Assembly: GCF_035594765.1 (NCBI RefSeq) | Contig: NC_085843.1 | Coordinates: 212,699,971 to 212,763,970, forward strand | Direction of reading: 5' to 3' | DNA from: Anolis carolinensis | Taxonomy: Eukaryota | Length of the DNA stretch: 64,000 bases | In this document: positions 50,601-63,794 of the stretch, one piece after another | How the letters are laid out: every line of letters starts with the position of its first letter | Position numbering within the stretch: position 1 is the first letter of the stretch | The notes under the pieces: generated by a model | What the model saw: only the letters and a program-made list of their open reading frames with translations | The model's database searches: none | What the model was told of the DNA's origin: nothing | Program-made: the position numbers and the translations under genes

Positions 50601-53463
50601 TGCTAGCTTAGAAATGCTAGTCTAGTTAAACTACTGGTGTTTCTGAACTTAGATTTTGTCCCTTTTGCACAACAATGGCTCATTTTAGACCCCTGTAGTC
50701 ATGTTTTGTTGAAGAATACATATAGGAGAAGACTCACGATACAGGTATTGCCCTTGTTAGCTGCACAGTTGTAAACAACCACACTTGCAAAGTACATTCC
50801 TCCATAATCAAAAAAGGATAGGAACAAAAAATAAATCCACTGATTTTTGCCTCTGTTCTTCCAGCCAAGATAACACCTTGCAACAACAACAGCAATGACA
50901 ATATGATATTTTTGTGGCAAATTATCATGGAGTAACCAGAACTACCATGCTCTGGCCACATTAATTCATCTTGATAGTGACTTATGCATGTGTAAGTATA
51001 GTTTATGTGTACGAGTCCCTTTCTGGGGGACATGGAGGGCTATTTATCCAGACAATACATCCAGACATACCGCCCCCCACCCCCAGCCACCACCCATATC
51101 AGCAACTGTTAAGCCCTGCAAGGACTATTGCTATTGTTGATAACTGATATAGATGGTAGGGAGGTAGATAACGGCTCCATCTACACTGCCATATAGTGAA
51201 GTATAGGAATCGCATTAGCCTGGTGCATCCATCAATTTTAAGTGTTGGGTCAGTGGGACTGCCATCCCTGATCCCCATGCGGGATTCAGGATCAAGTCCC
51301 AACAGCTATTACACACTCCTTGGGATCAGGCAGGAAGGTGGGATAGCAGTAGCTTTCTGCCCCCCCCCCCCCCCCGCACCTCCACCCTGCCAGAACAAAA
51401 ACAGAAAATTCTCCCTTACCAATGCTTCCTGCTGTGAACTTCCCGATTCTTTCCCATTCAGGAATCAAAGGAACTTTGGAGGAGGGCAAGGGACTTACTC
51501 CTCCCAAGTTCATTTGCTCCCTGAATTATGAAAAATCAGGAAGTAAAGAGCAGGTAGTGTCAGCAATGAGGGATTTTCTGTCATTTTGGAAAGGGGTGCA
51601 CAAAGGGTGAGAAACTGAGCTCATGCCCAGTCCTGCCAAACTGGGTTTGGCACAGCAGGGCTGTCAGGCCAGTGTCCCACCATGGAAGTGGCTTAGGACG
51701 GCCTTGTGTGGCTTCCTTGTGGCATTTTTATGCTGGTTCCGAATGGCATTTTGTGCCTATGTGGAAGGGCCTGATAATTCAGATCATGCAGATTTGGCTA
51801 CTCTCTGGGGAAGGAAAATGAAGGGCATTTCCATTAGGGGATATCCAAATGATATGAAACCAGCTGTTTCTCTATGGTGATCAAGTGCAATGAAAGGATG
51901 TAGTACTGTGTGTGAAGAGCTATGTTCACATGTAGAACCTGGACTTCTGGCAATTGGTCAGACTCATGTAGGTGAAACTGTAGTTTCTTCCATTGGAGGA
52001 ACCAAGGTCAAATAAAATCCCAAAATTACCCCAAAATGTGATTCCCCCCCCCCTGATTTTATTTTACTTTTACATAATCTTGTGCCTTCTGCCTCAGGAT
52101 ATGACTGAATGGACAGGTATCTGAACACACAAAGCTTCCTATGGACATGGTGTATTTTTTATGAACCAGAATACATGGGAATTTGTCACAGTGCTCAGAA
52201 ATAATGGTACAATTTAAACAATGTGGAGACTTAAAAAAATCCTAGCCCAAGAACAGTAAACTCTATGTTGATAATTTAGAGCACTTCTGAAAACAGGATG
52301 CTGTGGTAAAAGAAACTTATTTCTCGACAGATTAAACATGAGGAAATATTGTAAATACTCAATTCCAAACCTATTAAACTTCAAAGCACACATTCCTCTA
52401 AAGAACTCTAGGATATAATGTTCTATTTCTGTTGGCACAGTTAGGAAGGAATCTGGTAACTGTAACACTGTAATATTCTACCTATCAGGTAGAACAGAAT
52501 TCTTATATTCGATAGCCCATGTAAAATAAATAAAGAACACACTTCCCAAACATCCTATAATCTGGGGATGTTTTTTTTTCAGCCACTTCCTCAATTTGTG
52601 GATTGTTTTTCACTACCTTTGATACTTTTGATTCCCACATATGTATGGGACCATGCAAATTTTATTAATAAATACAACTATAAACATGGGGGGAGAGAGA
52701 GATCACCCTGGTAAATACATATAAGATCCCTTTATATCAGTATAACCCAGAAAGATGTGCTGACAATTATGTCATACATTTGACAGAGGACAATATCTCA
52801 CATTTTGCTTCTTTTGCTGAAAAGGCCTTGAAAAGGAAAACTCTTTCAAGATAAACAACTGATGTTACTGGAAAATTAAAGGAGTCACAGAATTATGGGT
52901 TTTCTAATGCTTGAGAAATTCCTATGAGAAGAACAGTAGCAAACGTTCTTCACACTTACAAAGCCTTTGCAGGACTTGTTTTACTCAAATGTTTTTTTCT
53001 ACATAAAAATATTTTGGGCGTAGAAAATTAGGAAGTGGGCTGCTATACTGAAAATATGTCTCCTCTACAGTGTTTCCTAGACATTTCCCCCTAAGATTCC
53101 CTGAAAGATTAGGGTGAGGGTTGCACAGAAGTCCTTGCTTTCTCAAACCGTGGAAAGACAGATGAAAAATGTAAAGATTTACATGATTTCTTGGTAATTT
53201 GAAGACTTACGGTGCATCTACATTGTAGAATTAATGCAGTTTAATCCCACTATATCTGCCCTGGCTCAGTGCTATGGAATTAAGTGAGTTATTTGATGAG
53301 GCACCATACCTTTTGGAAAAGAATGCTAAAGACCTTGTACAATTACATGAATCCATAGCATTGAGCCAGGTTTTTAAAGCAGTGCAAAACTGCATTAAGC
53401 GTAGATGCATCCCTAGAAACTGTTTCATATTTAGAGCATATTCACATAAACGATATCCTAAAG

Positions 53464-54038
53464 CAGGCATGGGCAAACTTTTTTTGCCTTGGGGCCATAT
53501 TGTGGGCCCAGCCAGGAGGGATGGGGACCAGGCACACACTAAGTGGGATGGGCTTGGGAGGAGGAGGGCCAGGAAAGGGCAGGGCCTGGGTCATCCTCAG
53601 GTTGTTCTCCCAGTGTAAGGATGGGGCTGCTCACCTGATCCTTATGCTGGGAGAAAGTCAAGACATGTGGTAACTGCCCCGATCCTCCCTCCTGATCCTC
53701 AGACTGTCATCCAAGGGAGGAGGGCGAGACAGGTGGTGGCTGAGAGTGCTCTGGGAGGCTCTCAGCCACCACGTGCCTTTCTCAAGCCATCCTCCTGACA
53801 TAAGGTTGGGACCACTCGCACTGTCCTCATGTCAGGAAGAGGGCGAGACACTTGGTGGCTGAGAGCACTCCAGAGAGCTCTCAGCTGCTGCTGTGTGCCT
53901 CCCTCCCTCATCTTTTTGGCATAAGGATGCAGCAAGTCACTGTGTGTTTATGCCAAGAGGACAAGGAAAATGAGGAGGGCCTGAGGTAACCACCCAGGGG
54001 GCTGCATCCAGCCCCTGGCCTTAGTTTGCCCATGCCTG
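53464..54038. mobile_element. Non-autonomous hAT (Charlie-like) element
   Basis: TIRs CAGGCATGGGCAAACT and AGTTTGCCCATGCCTG. Perfect 8-bp TSD TCCTAAAG. Internal palindromic repeats ggtggctgagag...ctctcagccacc. Confidence 0.9.
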
Positions 54039-54196
54039 TCCTAAAGTCTTTTGAAATCACCCCAAATAACACAATCTGAACTTTTAGGAAAATTGAAGAT
54101 AAACAAATCCAATTGTTAGAATCAAAACTTAATTTTTTCATAAATGTTGTATCATGAAAAAACACAGCTATATGACACATAATCCATCATGAATGA

Positions 54197-54346
54197 GGCT
54201 GGATCTACACTCCCTTATAATGCAGTTTCAGAATGCAGATTAACTGCATTGAACTGGATTACCTGGCACTGCGGATTCATATAATCCAGTTCAATGCAGT
54301 AAATCTGCATCTTGAAACTGCATTATATGGCAGTGTAAATCCAGCT
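54197..54346. mobile_element. Harbinger-like palindromic MITE
   Basis: Ends GGCTGGATCTACAC and GTGTAAATCCAGCT, flanked by TGA on both sides. A relative lies at about 34993-35140. Confidence 0.75.
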
Positions 54347-54474
54347 TGAGTATGTCGTTCATGCTGGAGTAAAGAGACAAGGAATAAGAGGGGCATGCAA
54401 GTGAAGAGCAAATTCAAGGTATAGTTCAGATCAACCAAGAAAAGTATGTCTTGTGCAACTTTTCTACTTGGAAC

Positions 54475-55440
54475 TAGAGTTGTGCATGGATTTATTTTCT
54501 TCTGGTACCTTAGGGATCCAGTAACAGTAAGGCTCTCCTGGTACGAAAACTCAGTTGACACGAAAGTAAGCGGTAGCCAACCTCGGCTACTCCTCCTCTG
54601 TTCAGCACCACAGTTGAATCTTTTTGATTACCCTTTATTTTCCTGATTCTTTTTTTTTAGTGGGACTGACTGGGAGTTGGGACTTGAAGGAAGGTGGACA
54701 GGGTGCGTGCATGCATTTGGGGGCTTTCACCTTTTTAGCTTCTTTTTCTCCTTCAGAAAATACTTCTAAAAGATAATTAGTAATTATTATTAATAATAAT
54801 AATCCCAGCAAACAAAAAGAGAAGCCTACCTCTCCTCTAGAATAGAAAGTAGAAACACTGGAAGCAAAGCCCCAAGCAGAATGGCGACTGCAGGCAAGAG
54901 AGGGGATTTTAAGGTAGTCCAGGGATGATAGCTCCACTGAGCTTCAGGTAATCACTCTTCCTTCCCTGGGCCTCCTTAAAATGCCTTGGAAAACTGTGTG
55001 GCGTGCTGCTGGGAAAGAAAATGTGCTCACCTGCATCTCCTCTAGAGTAGAAGAGCTTTAGGAAGCATTCAACCCAGTCTCCTCCTCTACAAAGTGGTAA
55101 GTCTGATGCTATTTTAATCCAGGTCCTAACAAAGATATGGAAGGGGAGCCTGTGGGACGTCCTCCCCATAATGGACTGTATAGAGTGCTTTCTTAACCCT
55201 GTTGCTGACACCCAGGCTTCCTTGAAGGGAAGAAAGAAAAGGCTCCCAGGGGAAAGGGGAGCCTTGTAAGTTCCCTATTGCCACCAATGGACCGAAAAGA
55301 ACATTTTTTTTGGATGTGGAACAAAAACGTCCATTCGGCAGTGTGCCTGTTTTTGAGAGGTGCTGGAAAATGGATATGGGAGGCTTATAGTATTAGGTAA
55401 GCAGAAACTGATAGCAATTCACCCAAAATGTACAAGCCTA
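54475..55440. mobile_element. Old non-autonomous hAT (Ac-like) element
   Basis: Ends TAGAGTTGTGCA and TGTACAAGCCTA. TSD CTTGGAAC / TTTGGGAC (6 of 8). Internal blocks are shared with 24790-25295. Confidence 0.65.
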
Positions 55441-56392
55441 TTTGGGACTGCAATGTTGTGATTTATGCTAAACCAATTATGTGGGTGGGGGGATAGGACT
55501 GGACCTTTAAAAAGTATATATGGGAACATATTGCACAATGAGTGGTGGCACAGCATGTGATTGTTGTGACCAATATATGATAAGAAAGTTTTTCAGATCA
55601 GAAGTGTCTGCAGACTTTTCTTCAAGTGAATATATACACACTATTTGCACTATATTAATACAATATGATTTCATAGTTTATGATTTTTGTACATTCATGT
55701 ACTATCTTTTTAATTATTTGTATAATCCCTTGCAGAAGCTTTAAAAATATCTACAAGCTAAACCAACTCAAACTTTTAATTACAAAATATTAATCTTCAA
55801 CATCTCAAAATGTGCCTCTTCTTTTCCCCGAGCTAGCAGTTTTTTGTCAGGTACATGTAGCTCTGTCACTCAAATACCAGATTTAACATTTCTAGGAAAC
55901 TGGTTTTGTTTGAGAAGACTCCTGGCAAAAAAGCATCTATGCTATATTCAAATCTTGCAGTTGGTTAAAAAGCCTTTATACATAAGTATATTTCATAAAA
56001 TAATAGCTGCAAAACAATCACTTTTCAAAAGTTTTATAGAGGAATTTCAACAAGAGACAATCATGGGATTCACACCTCCCCTCCTTTCTTATTGCTGCTT
56101 ACTTTCAGCACAGTAGAGCCTGATAAGATTTTGTATAGAAACCTCTGCATCATAAAAGAAACAAGGGAATGGAGGAAAGATAAAAAGAACTCTATATTGT
56201 GGCTTTATCGGTCTTGGAAACAATAATGGAATTGCAGCCTAATCTCGTGAGAGTACAAGAAGTACCTCTGTGTAAAAAACAAAACAAAACACACAATATA
56301 ATACTTCTGTTATCTAGAGGATTAAGAGCATTTATATGGCATTTAAGAAACCATCTGGGTGCAGTGTATTAAGTACACCATTATTTACTTAC

Positions 56393-56509
56393 TGGAGGGT
56401 CCTGATCTTCAGCCTCCACTGTTGTGATGACAGTTCCTTTGATTGCATCAGGAGCAACCATTCCCCTGTACAGAGGTTTGCTAAATACTGGGGAGTAATC
56501 ATTCATATC
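56393..56509 (-). CDS. PCDH15: PCDH15 coding exon (117 bp, phase 0-0; probably equivalent to human exon 21), EC8-EC9 linker and start of EC9
   Basis: Minus strand reads tttgcag|GAT ATG AAT GAT TAC...GAC CCT CCA|gtaagt, giving [39 protein letters not shown]. Contains the cadherin DxND linker and matches recalled human PCDH15 [39 protein letters not shown]. Not shown in the ORF track. Confidence 0.95.
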
Positions 56510-57180
56510 CTGCAAAACATAATTAAGAGTTTACTGCTGAAGCTGAAATGAGATTATGGACACAATCAGAATTGTTCAATCACATCAGCACCCATCCACT
56601 TTATTCTATTAGAGAACGGATTTACTGCTGTCAGGACTCCAGAACTCTCAATCATGTGATGTTCCTCATCTGAGATTGGTACTTAATAGGAAGTTAGTAA
56701 ATTTGAACTGTTCATGTTTTCCATGGATCAGGATCCTATCTCTATTCTCTCCATCTTTTCCTGCCTTTGGTACCAAATTTTCTGTTAAAGAATTAACAGG
56801 AATGTATCTATTTTGTTAATTGAGGTATTCCTGTTGGTGATTCCCTGTTTTTGGATCAGGTCAATATGTGAATCTGAATTATGTTACCCTAATTGAGTGA
56901 TATCAAGTGCCTGGTACAGCTTGGTATAGAACAAGGCTTCTTAAACATTTCCATATGGGACCCTTTATGGTCTGAGAAATTCTTATGTGATCCAAGGTGT
57001 ATAGCTATATAAAACAGGTATAAAAACAAAACATTTACTGATAACAAATCAGCATTTGCAAGGCTTGCTAAACAGACTGATTTCCTTTTTTTATGAAGTA
57101 CAGCTGAAGTGTCTTCTGCAGAGTACACTATAAACACTGCACAACAGATTCATGTAAATGTCAAAAACAGTGACTAGGAG

Positions 57181-57750
57181 ATGTTCAGGAAATGTTTACT
57201 GGTCCCATGTTTTCAGGACCCCAACACTGAACAAAGAGAACCCCATTTGGGGTTGGGGCCCACAGTTTAAGGACGTTATCACATGGACTTCTGGCTCCAT
57301 CCAAGAATGCTTCTAAGACTGAGTCCCCTGGAGCCCTTCACATGATGCAGGGCTACTTCTGGAAGGGCTCCATCATGCCACTAGGCAATGTTCAGAAAAC
57401 GTTTACTGTTGCCAAATTTTCAGGACCCCAACATGGAACAAAGTGGAGCCCATTTGGGGTTGGGGCCCGTTATCACATGGGCTTCTGGCTCCATCCAAGG
57501 ATGCTTCTAAGACTGAGTCCACTGGAGCCCTTCTCATGACATAGGGCTACTTCTGGAAGGGCTCCAACGTTTACTGGTGCCAATTTTTCAGGACCTCAAC
57601 ATTGAACAAAGGGGACCACATTTGGGGTTGGGACCCACAGTTTAAGGACCTCAACACATGGACTTCTGGCTCTATCCAAGGATACTTCCAAGACTGAGCC
57701 CCCTGGAGCCCTTCACATAACTTAGAGTTACTTCTGGAAGGGTTCCATCG
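57181..57750 (+). repeat. Three degenerate tandem copies (about 180-205 bp) of the hAT/Harbinger junction
   Basis: gtttactg...ttttcaggacc.caaca...catttggggttggg...cacatgg.cttctggctc.atccaag...ggagcccttc...cttctggaaggg is repeated three times. Confidence 0.9.
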
Positions 57751-58680
57751 TAGGCTATTGTTGTGACAGCCTTTGTGTGACTCTGATGAGGATTCTGGGA
57801 TGCAAGTGCATGATGATGGGATTCAGGTTCAGGATGAGTTTCAAGATGACTCTGATGGGAATTATGGGATTCAGGTGCAGAGTGTTCCTGCTGTGGGAGA
57901 GGAAGAGCAGGGAGGCTTTCCCACAGGAAGAAATGATGTTGTTTCTGATGATGGTTTTCAGGTGCAAGAATCAGAAAGGGAGAGCAGCTCCCAGCCTCTG
58001 CCTGATAACACTAACGGGCCCTTTGGCCTTGACGATGAGGCTGCTTCTCTCGATTGGGCTAGTCATTTGGAATTTCGGGGATTGCGCAGAAGTCTCCAAA
58101 TAGCAAATAAGAGGGAGGTCAAAGGGCAAAGAAATGCCTTAATGTCATGCTGAGAGGGAAATCTTTGTCAAAGCAATTTCCTCGCTTGAATCAAGAACCA
58201 AGTCTGCTTTCCTGTATCAAGTCTGCTGTCCTGTATTATCTTGCAGCCTGGATGTATTCCCATTTCTGGGACTTTGGCTTTTTTTTAAAAGACCTTGTTT
58301 CATGCCTAAAGTTTCTATGGATTTGTTCTTACAACCTTGTTTTTATAACTATCTTTTGGAACTGAACTTTTACTTTTTATGAACTATCTTTTCCCTATTT
58401 TCTAATAAACTACAAAAGACTACATTCTGTGTGCAGCCTGGTGTCTTTAGCAAGGTGAAGCTAACCTGAGGTGCAACAGCTATGGGAATTACCTATGTTC
58501 TCATAGTGTACAATAGGGCTAATGTGGGGGGAAGCTGAGTGGTGACACTTTCCCTTGTGTGATGGGGAAAGGAGCAATGTGGGGCATGGGATGATGGTTT
58601 TCCCTGCTGCCTCATGGATTCACTGCTCAGTGAATCCCCCAACTGTCATCTGTGTTAGGGACCTCAATGTGATGAGGTCC
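57271..58680. mobile_element. PIF/Harbinger-like element inserted into the hAT right TIR
   Basis: Ends GGACGTTATCACAT and ATGTGATGAGGTCC with a 3-bp TSD TAA on both sides. Confidence 0.75.
57759..58478 (+). mobile_element. Solo LTR (720 bp) of an LTR retrotransposon (BEL or Gypsy type)
   Basis: TGTTG...CAACA termini, perfect 5-bp TSD GCTAT, and AATAAA about 70 bp from the 3' end. Confidence 0.85.
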
Positions 58681-58790
58681 TAAGAAGCAATGGTATAGAA
58701 GATCTGGAACATAGTAGGCTACAACAGATATTACATTAAAGGAATTTGATTTGTGCCTATCTGCTTCTGAGGATGCAGAAGATGAACTAA

Positions 58791-58972
58791 GGATGCACCT
58801 ACACTACAGAATTAATGCAGTTTGACATGATGTACATGCCATGGCTTAATGCTATAGAATCCTGAGTTGTGTAGTTTGGTGACATACCAACACTTTTTGG
58901 CAAGGAAGACTAAATATCTTAAAAACTATAACTCCCACGAATTCCATAGTAATTAGTGGTGTAAATGGACCC
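58791..58972. mobile_element. Harbinger-like MITE
   Basis: Ends GGATGCACCTACAC and GTGTAAATGGACCC with TAA on both sides. A relative lies at about 53211-53412. Confidence 0.7.
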
Positions 58973-60085
58973 TAAGGCACAATTTACCTTGCATCACGGA
59001 GAATATGAGAGAGATACCTTTTGGGTTTTATGTTTGTTTGGAAATGGATACTTTCAAAACAAGGTCAGGATTTCTCCATAAAAATAGAAATTCAATATAG
59101 GACAAGCATACTTATTACATGGAATTGCCATGATAATGGTTTTCTAACAATAATTGGACCAATTAGATCAAGAGCATGGTTTAAACAAATACACTTTTTG
59201 ACTTGTTCAAACCATGTATGAGACAAAATTATTTCAAAGGAAACATATCCAGGCCTATCAAATATTGCTCTGTCCTTTTCTTGTGTCTCTAATGCTCTGT
59301 GATAACAGAAGACAAATAGAAAATGCCTAAAAATTTGTGTTCATCTTCTGCATGTCCTTACGTCCTTCATGTTGGGAAATCGGAGACTATAAATAGGAAT
59401 GCCAAAAAGAGAAATGACATAAACATCCTCTGATAAGAATTGTACAGAACACTCTCTTCTATGGGAAATGACTAGAAGGTTTTGTTTATATTTATAAGGT
59501 AAACAGATCAGGAGATGAAGAAAAAGCAGAAACATAAAGTCCTTTAGAAAGCTGAAATATAAAGTTTTGTCCTAAAACCATATTTTGGAGCAACAACAAT
59601 TCTTATATATGAATTTGATTTGGAAATAGTTATATAATTAGCAAGATAAAGTATTAGAAATACAAAAATCCTAATTTTAGTTGTTGATTTATCCCATGTC
59701 AAATTTTTAGGATAACAGTGCACATTTAAAGTTTGGACATGCAAAGAAATAGAATTTCTAAATACACATAAATGTAAGTAAATCCCATTGAAACTTTGAT
59801 TCCTTTTTTTGGGTGTCTGCACAGATCTGTCAGGGGTCCCAGGAATACTTATAAAAAGAGATTATCTGAAAAAGACTGGAAGGATGTTACCCTTCTTTCA
59901 TTCAAAACCTTTGACAAAAAATTGGATTAAATATCTCTGTTGTTGGTCACATCAACCCAAGAAAATTGGCTTTTATGAGTTGTCTTTCAAAAGATTATAG
60001 GGATCACGCTTACAGTGGGTAATTGGAAAATGCCTTTTCTGTTCCTTTTTAATGTAGTGTACAATGTTTTAGCATTAGCCAACTG

Positions 60086-60641
60086 CAGAGCTTTCCAAAA
60101 TGTGTGTTGGTACACACTAGTGTGTCACCTGTGGTCCCTAGGTGTGTCATGTGAAAATGCTTTCCCACCCCCCTAAAGACTGGTGCTGTTCAAGTGCAGG
60201 TACTGTTATAACTTTTATAATTTGCACAATTTGTTGATTGAGTTGCAGTAATTGCTACTAAAATGGTTAAGTTTCTAACTAAGAAAAGAAAGTTCATTGA
60301 CAATGATGTTTGTGATGAACTACATTGAGAGGCTATAGAGAAAACTACATAAGAATCAACTGTAGCACATAGGTGTAAAGGGAAAAAATCCAAACTTTNN
60401 NNNNNNNNNNNNNNNNNNNNNNNNNNNNNNNNNNNNNNNNNNNNNNNNNNNNNNNNNNNNNNNNNNNNNNNNNNNNNNNNNNNNNNNNNNNNNNNNNNNN
60501 NNNNNNNNNNNNNNNNNNNNNNNNNNNNNNNCTTATAAAGGGTTCATTTCACTAGTTTACCAGTAAAACTGAATTAGCATATCGTGAAAGGATGCATGCC
60601 TAAAAAGCATGCCACCAACATTAAAAGTTTGGAAAACTCTT
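60086..60641. mobile_element. hAT-like element spanning the assembly gap
   Basis: Ends CAGAGCTTTCCAAAAT and AGTTTGGAAAACTCT. Confidence 0.5.
60399..60531. other. Assembly gap (133 N)
   Basis: Run of N. Confidence 1.
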
Positions 60642-61076
60642 AACCTTTGCTAAGCATTTTTGCAATGCTTGAGAGCAACACATTGTTGCACATTCTGAGT
60701 TTATTGAGCAGAAAGAAGTTTCTGGTGCACTAGTGAGTTTTTTTCCAGATACCTTATTTTTATGGGGAATCATGCTGTTGCAAATGTCTAGAAATATGAT
60801 CCTGATTTAAAAAATGGGATACAAACCTGTGTATGGCTCATTTTCAACTTTAATAGTCAAGAGTTTGCCACTCTTGTTGTGCGTGTATGGTTCTTGGTGG
60901 GTCAAAGTGTCTGTGCATGTCCAATGCAGAGCCCCTGGAAATTCCCTGGTGTATGGAGATGCTATAATATATGGTGTAATCTCTCACGGGGGCAGCTTTA
61001 CACGAACACAAGGTTTCATAATTTGAACAATGGAAGACTTGACATATGAAGGTGACTAAAGTCTGGATTGTATGTA

Positions 61077-61507
61077 CAGGCAGTCCCCAAGTTATGAACA
61101 GGATAGGTTCTCTAGGTTGGTTTTTAAGTTTAATTTGTTTGTAAGTCAGAGTAAGCAAATGTTTAAGTGTAACTCCGGCCATATGTGTATCTATCTTTCT
61201 ATCTATCTATATAAGCTTTTGTTCACATAGGGAAGGGTTAACACCCCTGTAAAGTTTGTTTTGCTGTCTGTGCCCGTTCAGAAGATTTCACCTCACTTTA
61301 TGTCCCTGTAATAAATTGATTAATAATGGTTTTTTGTTGAAACAAGGATTGGTGATAAAGCTTAAGTGGAGATACCTTTTCTCCATGATAACTCTTTCAG
61401 GAGTGATTTTCCCTTCCTAAGGGTAAATTTCACTTCATGTTGTTTCACCCCCATTCTTAACTATGAGTAGTTTGTAAGTTGGATGTTTGCAACTTGGGGA
61501 CTGCCTG
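61077..61507. mobile_element. Tc1/mariner (Tigger-like) MITE
   Basis: TIRs CAGGCAGTCCCCAAGTT and AACTTGGGGACTGCCTG with TA on the left. A related fragment lies at about 23005-23290. Confidence 0.85.
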
Positions 61508-63454
61508 TGTATGTGTGCAAATGCCCATACATATGCCCGTACATCAGCACACTTTCAACATTTTACAGAGGAAAATCGGGGAACATGTGGCTTGGCAATA
61601 TTGTGGTCAAGTTAGCAAAAGTTACTAATGAGCAAAGCACAAGCTAAGAGGAGCTGCAGCAATTTACTTTTGCCTGAGGTTGCTAGAAAGGGCAAGACTC
61701 AGGCTCTTCCTATTCTTTCCCCCTTTGAACTCCGTGTGCAGTAACTGAAGTAAGTTGAGGACGAAAGTGATAAAGTGAAAAGAGAAAGAAACTGGGATAT
61801 TTGAAAAGCAGCTGAAAAAGTGGAACTATGGAGGATTACGACCTCATTAGATGGGCAAAACTGCCTGTCCTATGACTCTTTGACTTCACATGAGGCACTG
61901 AGCCCGCTGGCTCCCATAACACTTCCAGCAGGGCTCCATGCTTCAAGTGAAGTCGAAGTGTCTCAGGAGGCGGCAACAGTGGGGAAGCCAGGTGGTGACA
62001 CTCCCCCCCCCCCCCATGAGAAGAGGTGAGGAGGAAGGCAGGCAATGAAGGGTTTGGAGTGACAGATTCCCCTCGCTCCCACTGGATTTGCCATGATGTG
62101 TCATGAATCCCAGCCTGAATCTGATGAGGTCCTTAGTGGGGAGTGTACCTGTCAAATCATGGCATTTGCAAGGTACCAGTAGGATATAACATTGTCCATG
62201 TAAATGTGGACTGCAGTTTGCAGATTGACATTCTAGCTTTAAAAGAATCCCTATATTAAAATAGCAGTTCAGCATGAAGAACACTAATACATCAACAAGA
62301 GGGTGAGAGAATTAAAAAAAATTAACTATCCTTCTGTGATTGTCAGGGCAAAGTTCAGAAAGAACTCTTGATTTTAATGTCTTTGTATTTAAGTTTACTA
62401 CTGTAAAAGTTATTGCAATGACCTTTGAAGAATTCTATTCAAAGCCTGGAAGGACTGCATATAGCAGCAATTAGCCCACAAGAAAGGGACATTGAGTGCT
62501 TGTGAATGTATATATATGAACAATCAAAATTAGACAAAATTATAGTTTTAAAAGTGCAGTAATTTTCTCTAAATAAAATGGTATGGCTATGGACTCCATT
62601 TTTAAAATAAATGATTTGTAATTTCAAAAGCGTAGGGAAAAAGAAAGACAATCCATGTGAGATGAAAATAATGCATTTTTGAGAATTAAATGTTTTTAAT
62701 TTTTTCAGAAAGAACCCGTAATACAGCTTCTTACATTAAACTGGGAGATCTTTATAATCCACATTGCCTATTTGCGGAAAGGCCTAAATTGTACTGAAAA
62801 TAATTGAGCAAAATGCAGACCATTGGTTTAAAAGCCCAAAATTAGTCATTTAGAAATGTACAATTTCTTTTGTAATGTCTTTCAGCAAGTAGAAAGCTTT
62901 TGAAACTTCTGTTTCTATTTATATATATATATCAAAAGATTGAACATAATTTATTAGGAGTGCTAGTTAAGAACTCAGATTAATTGCCATTTTTATTTTC
63001 TTCATTTAGCAATTACTTGATAATGCTTTTTTGTAGCATGGACCACTCATACAACAGAAACATTATTATATATCTATTTAATAGGAAGAAAACTGTGGAT
63101 ATGACAATCTTTTTGATGTAGTATCCTAAAAATACAGAGCCAGTATTCTACATCAACTACATACAATGGGCCTTGATATCCACTGTGGTTTAGTTCCAGC
63201 CCCCCCTTCCTCTCCCCTGGTGGATATCAAAATTTGTGGATGCTGCAATCCCATTATATAAAATTATATATTATATAAATTATATAAAATTGCACACTAT
63301 CCCTTATTAAAATGGGAAAATCAAGGTTTCCTTTCGGGTGATTTTAAAAGTATTCTGAAGCTGTGAATAGTGGAATCTGTGGATGCAATCCATGGATCGG
63401 GAAGGGACGGCTTTAGATAAATATATTGGTCTGACTCCCCTGAGTCTTCAAATA

Positions 63455-63623
63455 CCATATTTACTCAATTCTAATGCTCACCTTTTTTTGACATAATTAT
63501 CTTCCCAAAATTAGAGTGCACATTTGATTTGCGTAATATGGTAAATACTTTTTTGGATTTCATGATTTTAAAAATTGAGGTGTGCATTAGATTTGATAGT
63601 GCATTAGACTCAAGTAAATATGG
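63455..63623. mobile_element. Tc1/mariner MITE
   Basis: TIRs CCATATTTACTCAATTCTAATGC and GCATTAGACTCAAGTAAATATGG with TA TSD. Confidence 0.85.
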
Positions 63624-63794
63624 TATATCATTCAATTGCTCCAATTGGTGTGGATTCCCATTCAGTAAAAGCAACCCACTGGGTGACCTAGGATAACTCA
63701 CACTTTCGCAGTCTAAGAGGAGACAATAGCAAACATCCTCTGGATACAGCTTCTCAAAAAAACCCTATGATAAGGTTTTAGTGGGCTGGAGTTG

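Larger units (their letters stand above)
56932..58692. mobile_element. hAT MITE, outermost layer of a nested insertion
   Basis: Left end CAAGGCTTCTTAAAC. The right end GTTTAA|GAAGCAATG is split by an insertion. Perfect 8-bp TSD GTATAGAA at 56924-56931 and 58693-58700. Confidence 0.85.

Noticed and set aside
57781-57830. CTGATGA as a possible second hammerhead core
   Set aside because: No stem II followed by GAAA at a suitable distance.
57773-58153. Acidic 126-aa ORF with DDGIQVQ-like repeats
   Set aside because: Lies wholly within the solo LTR, arises from internal short repeats and has no recognisable domain.
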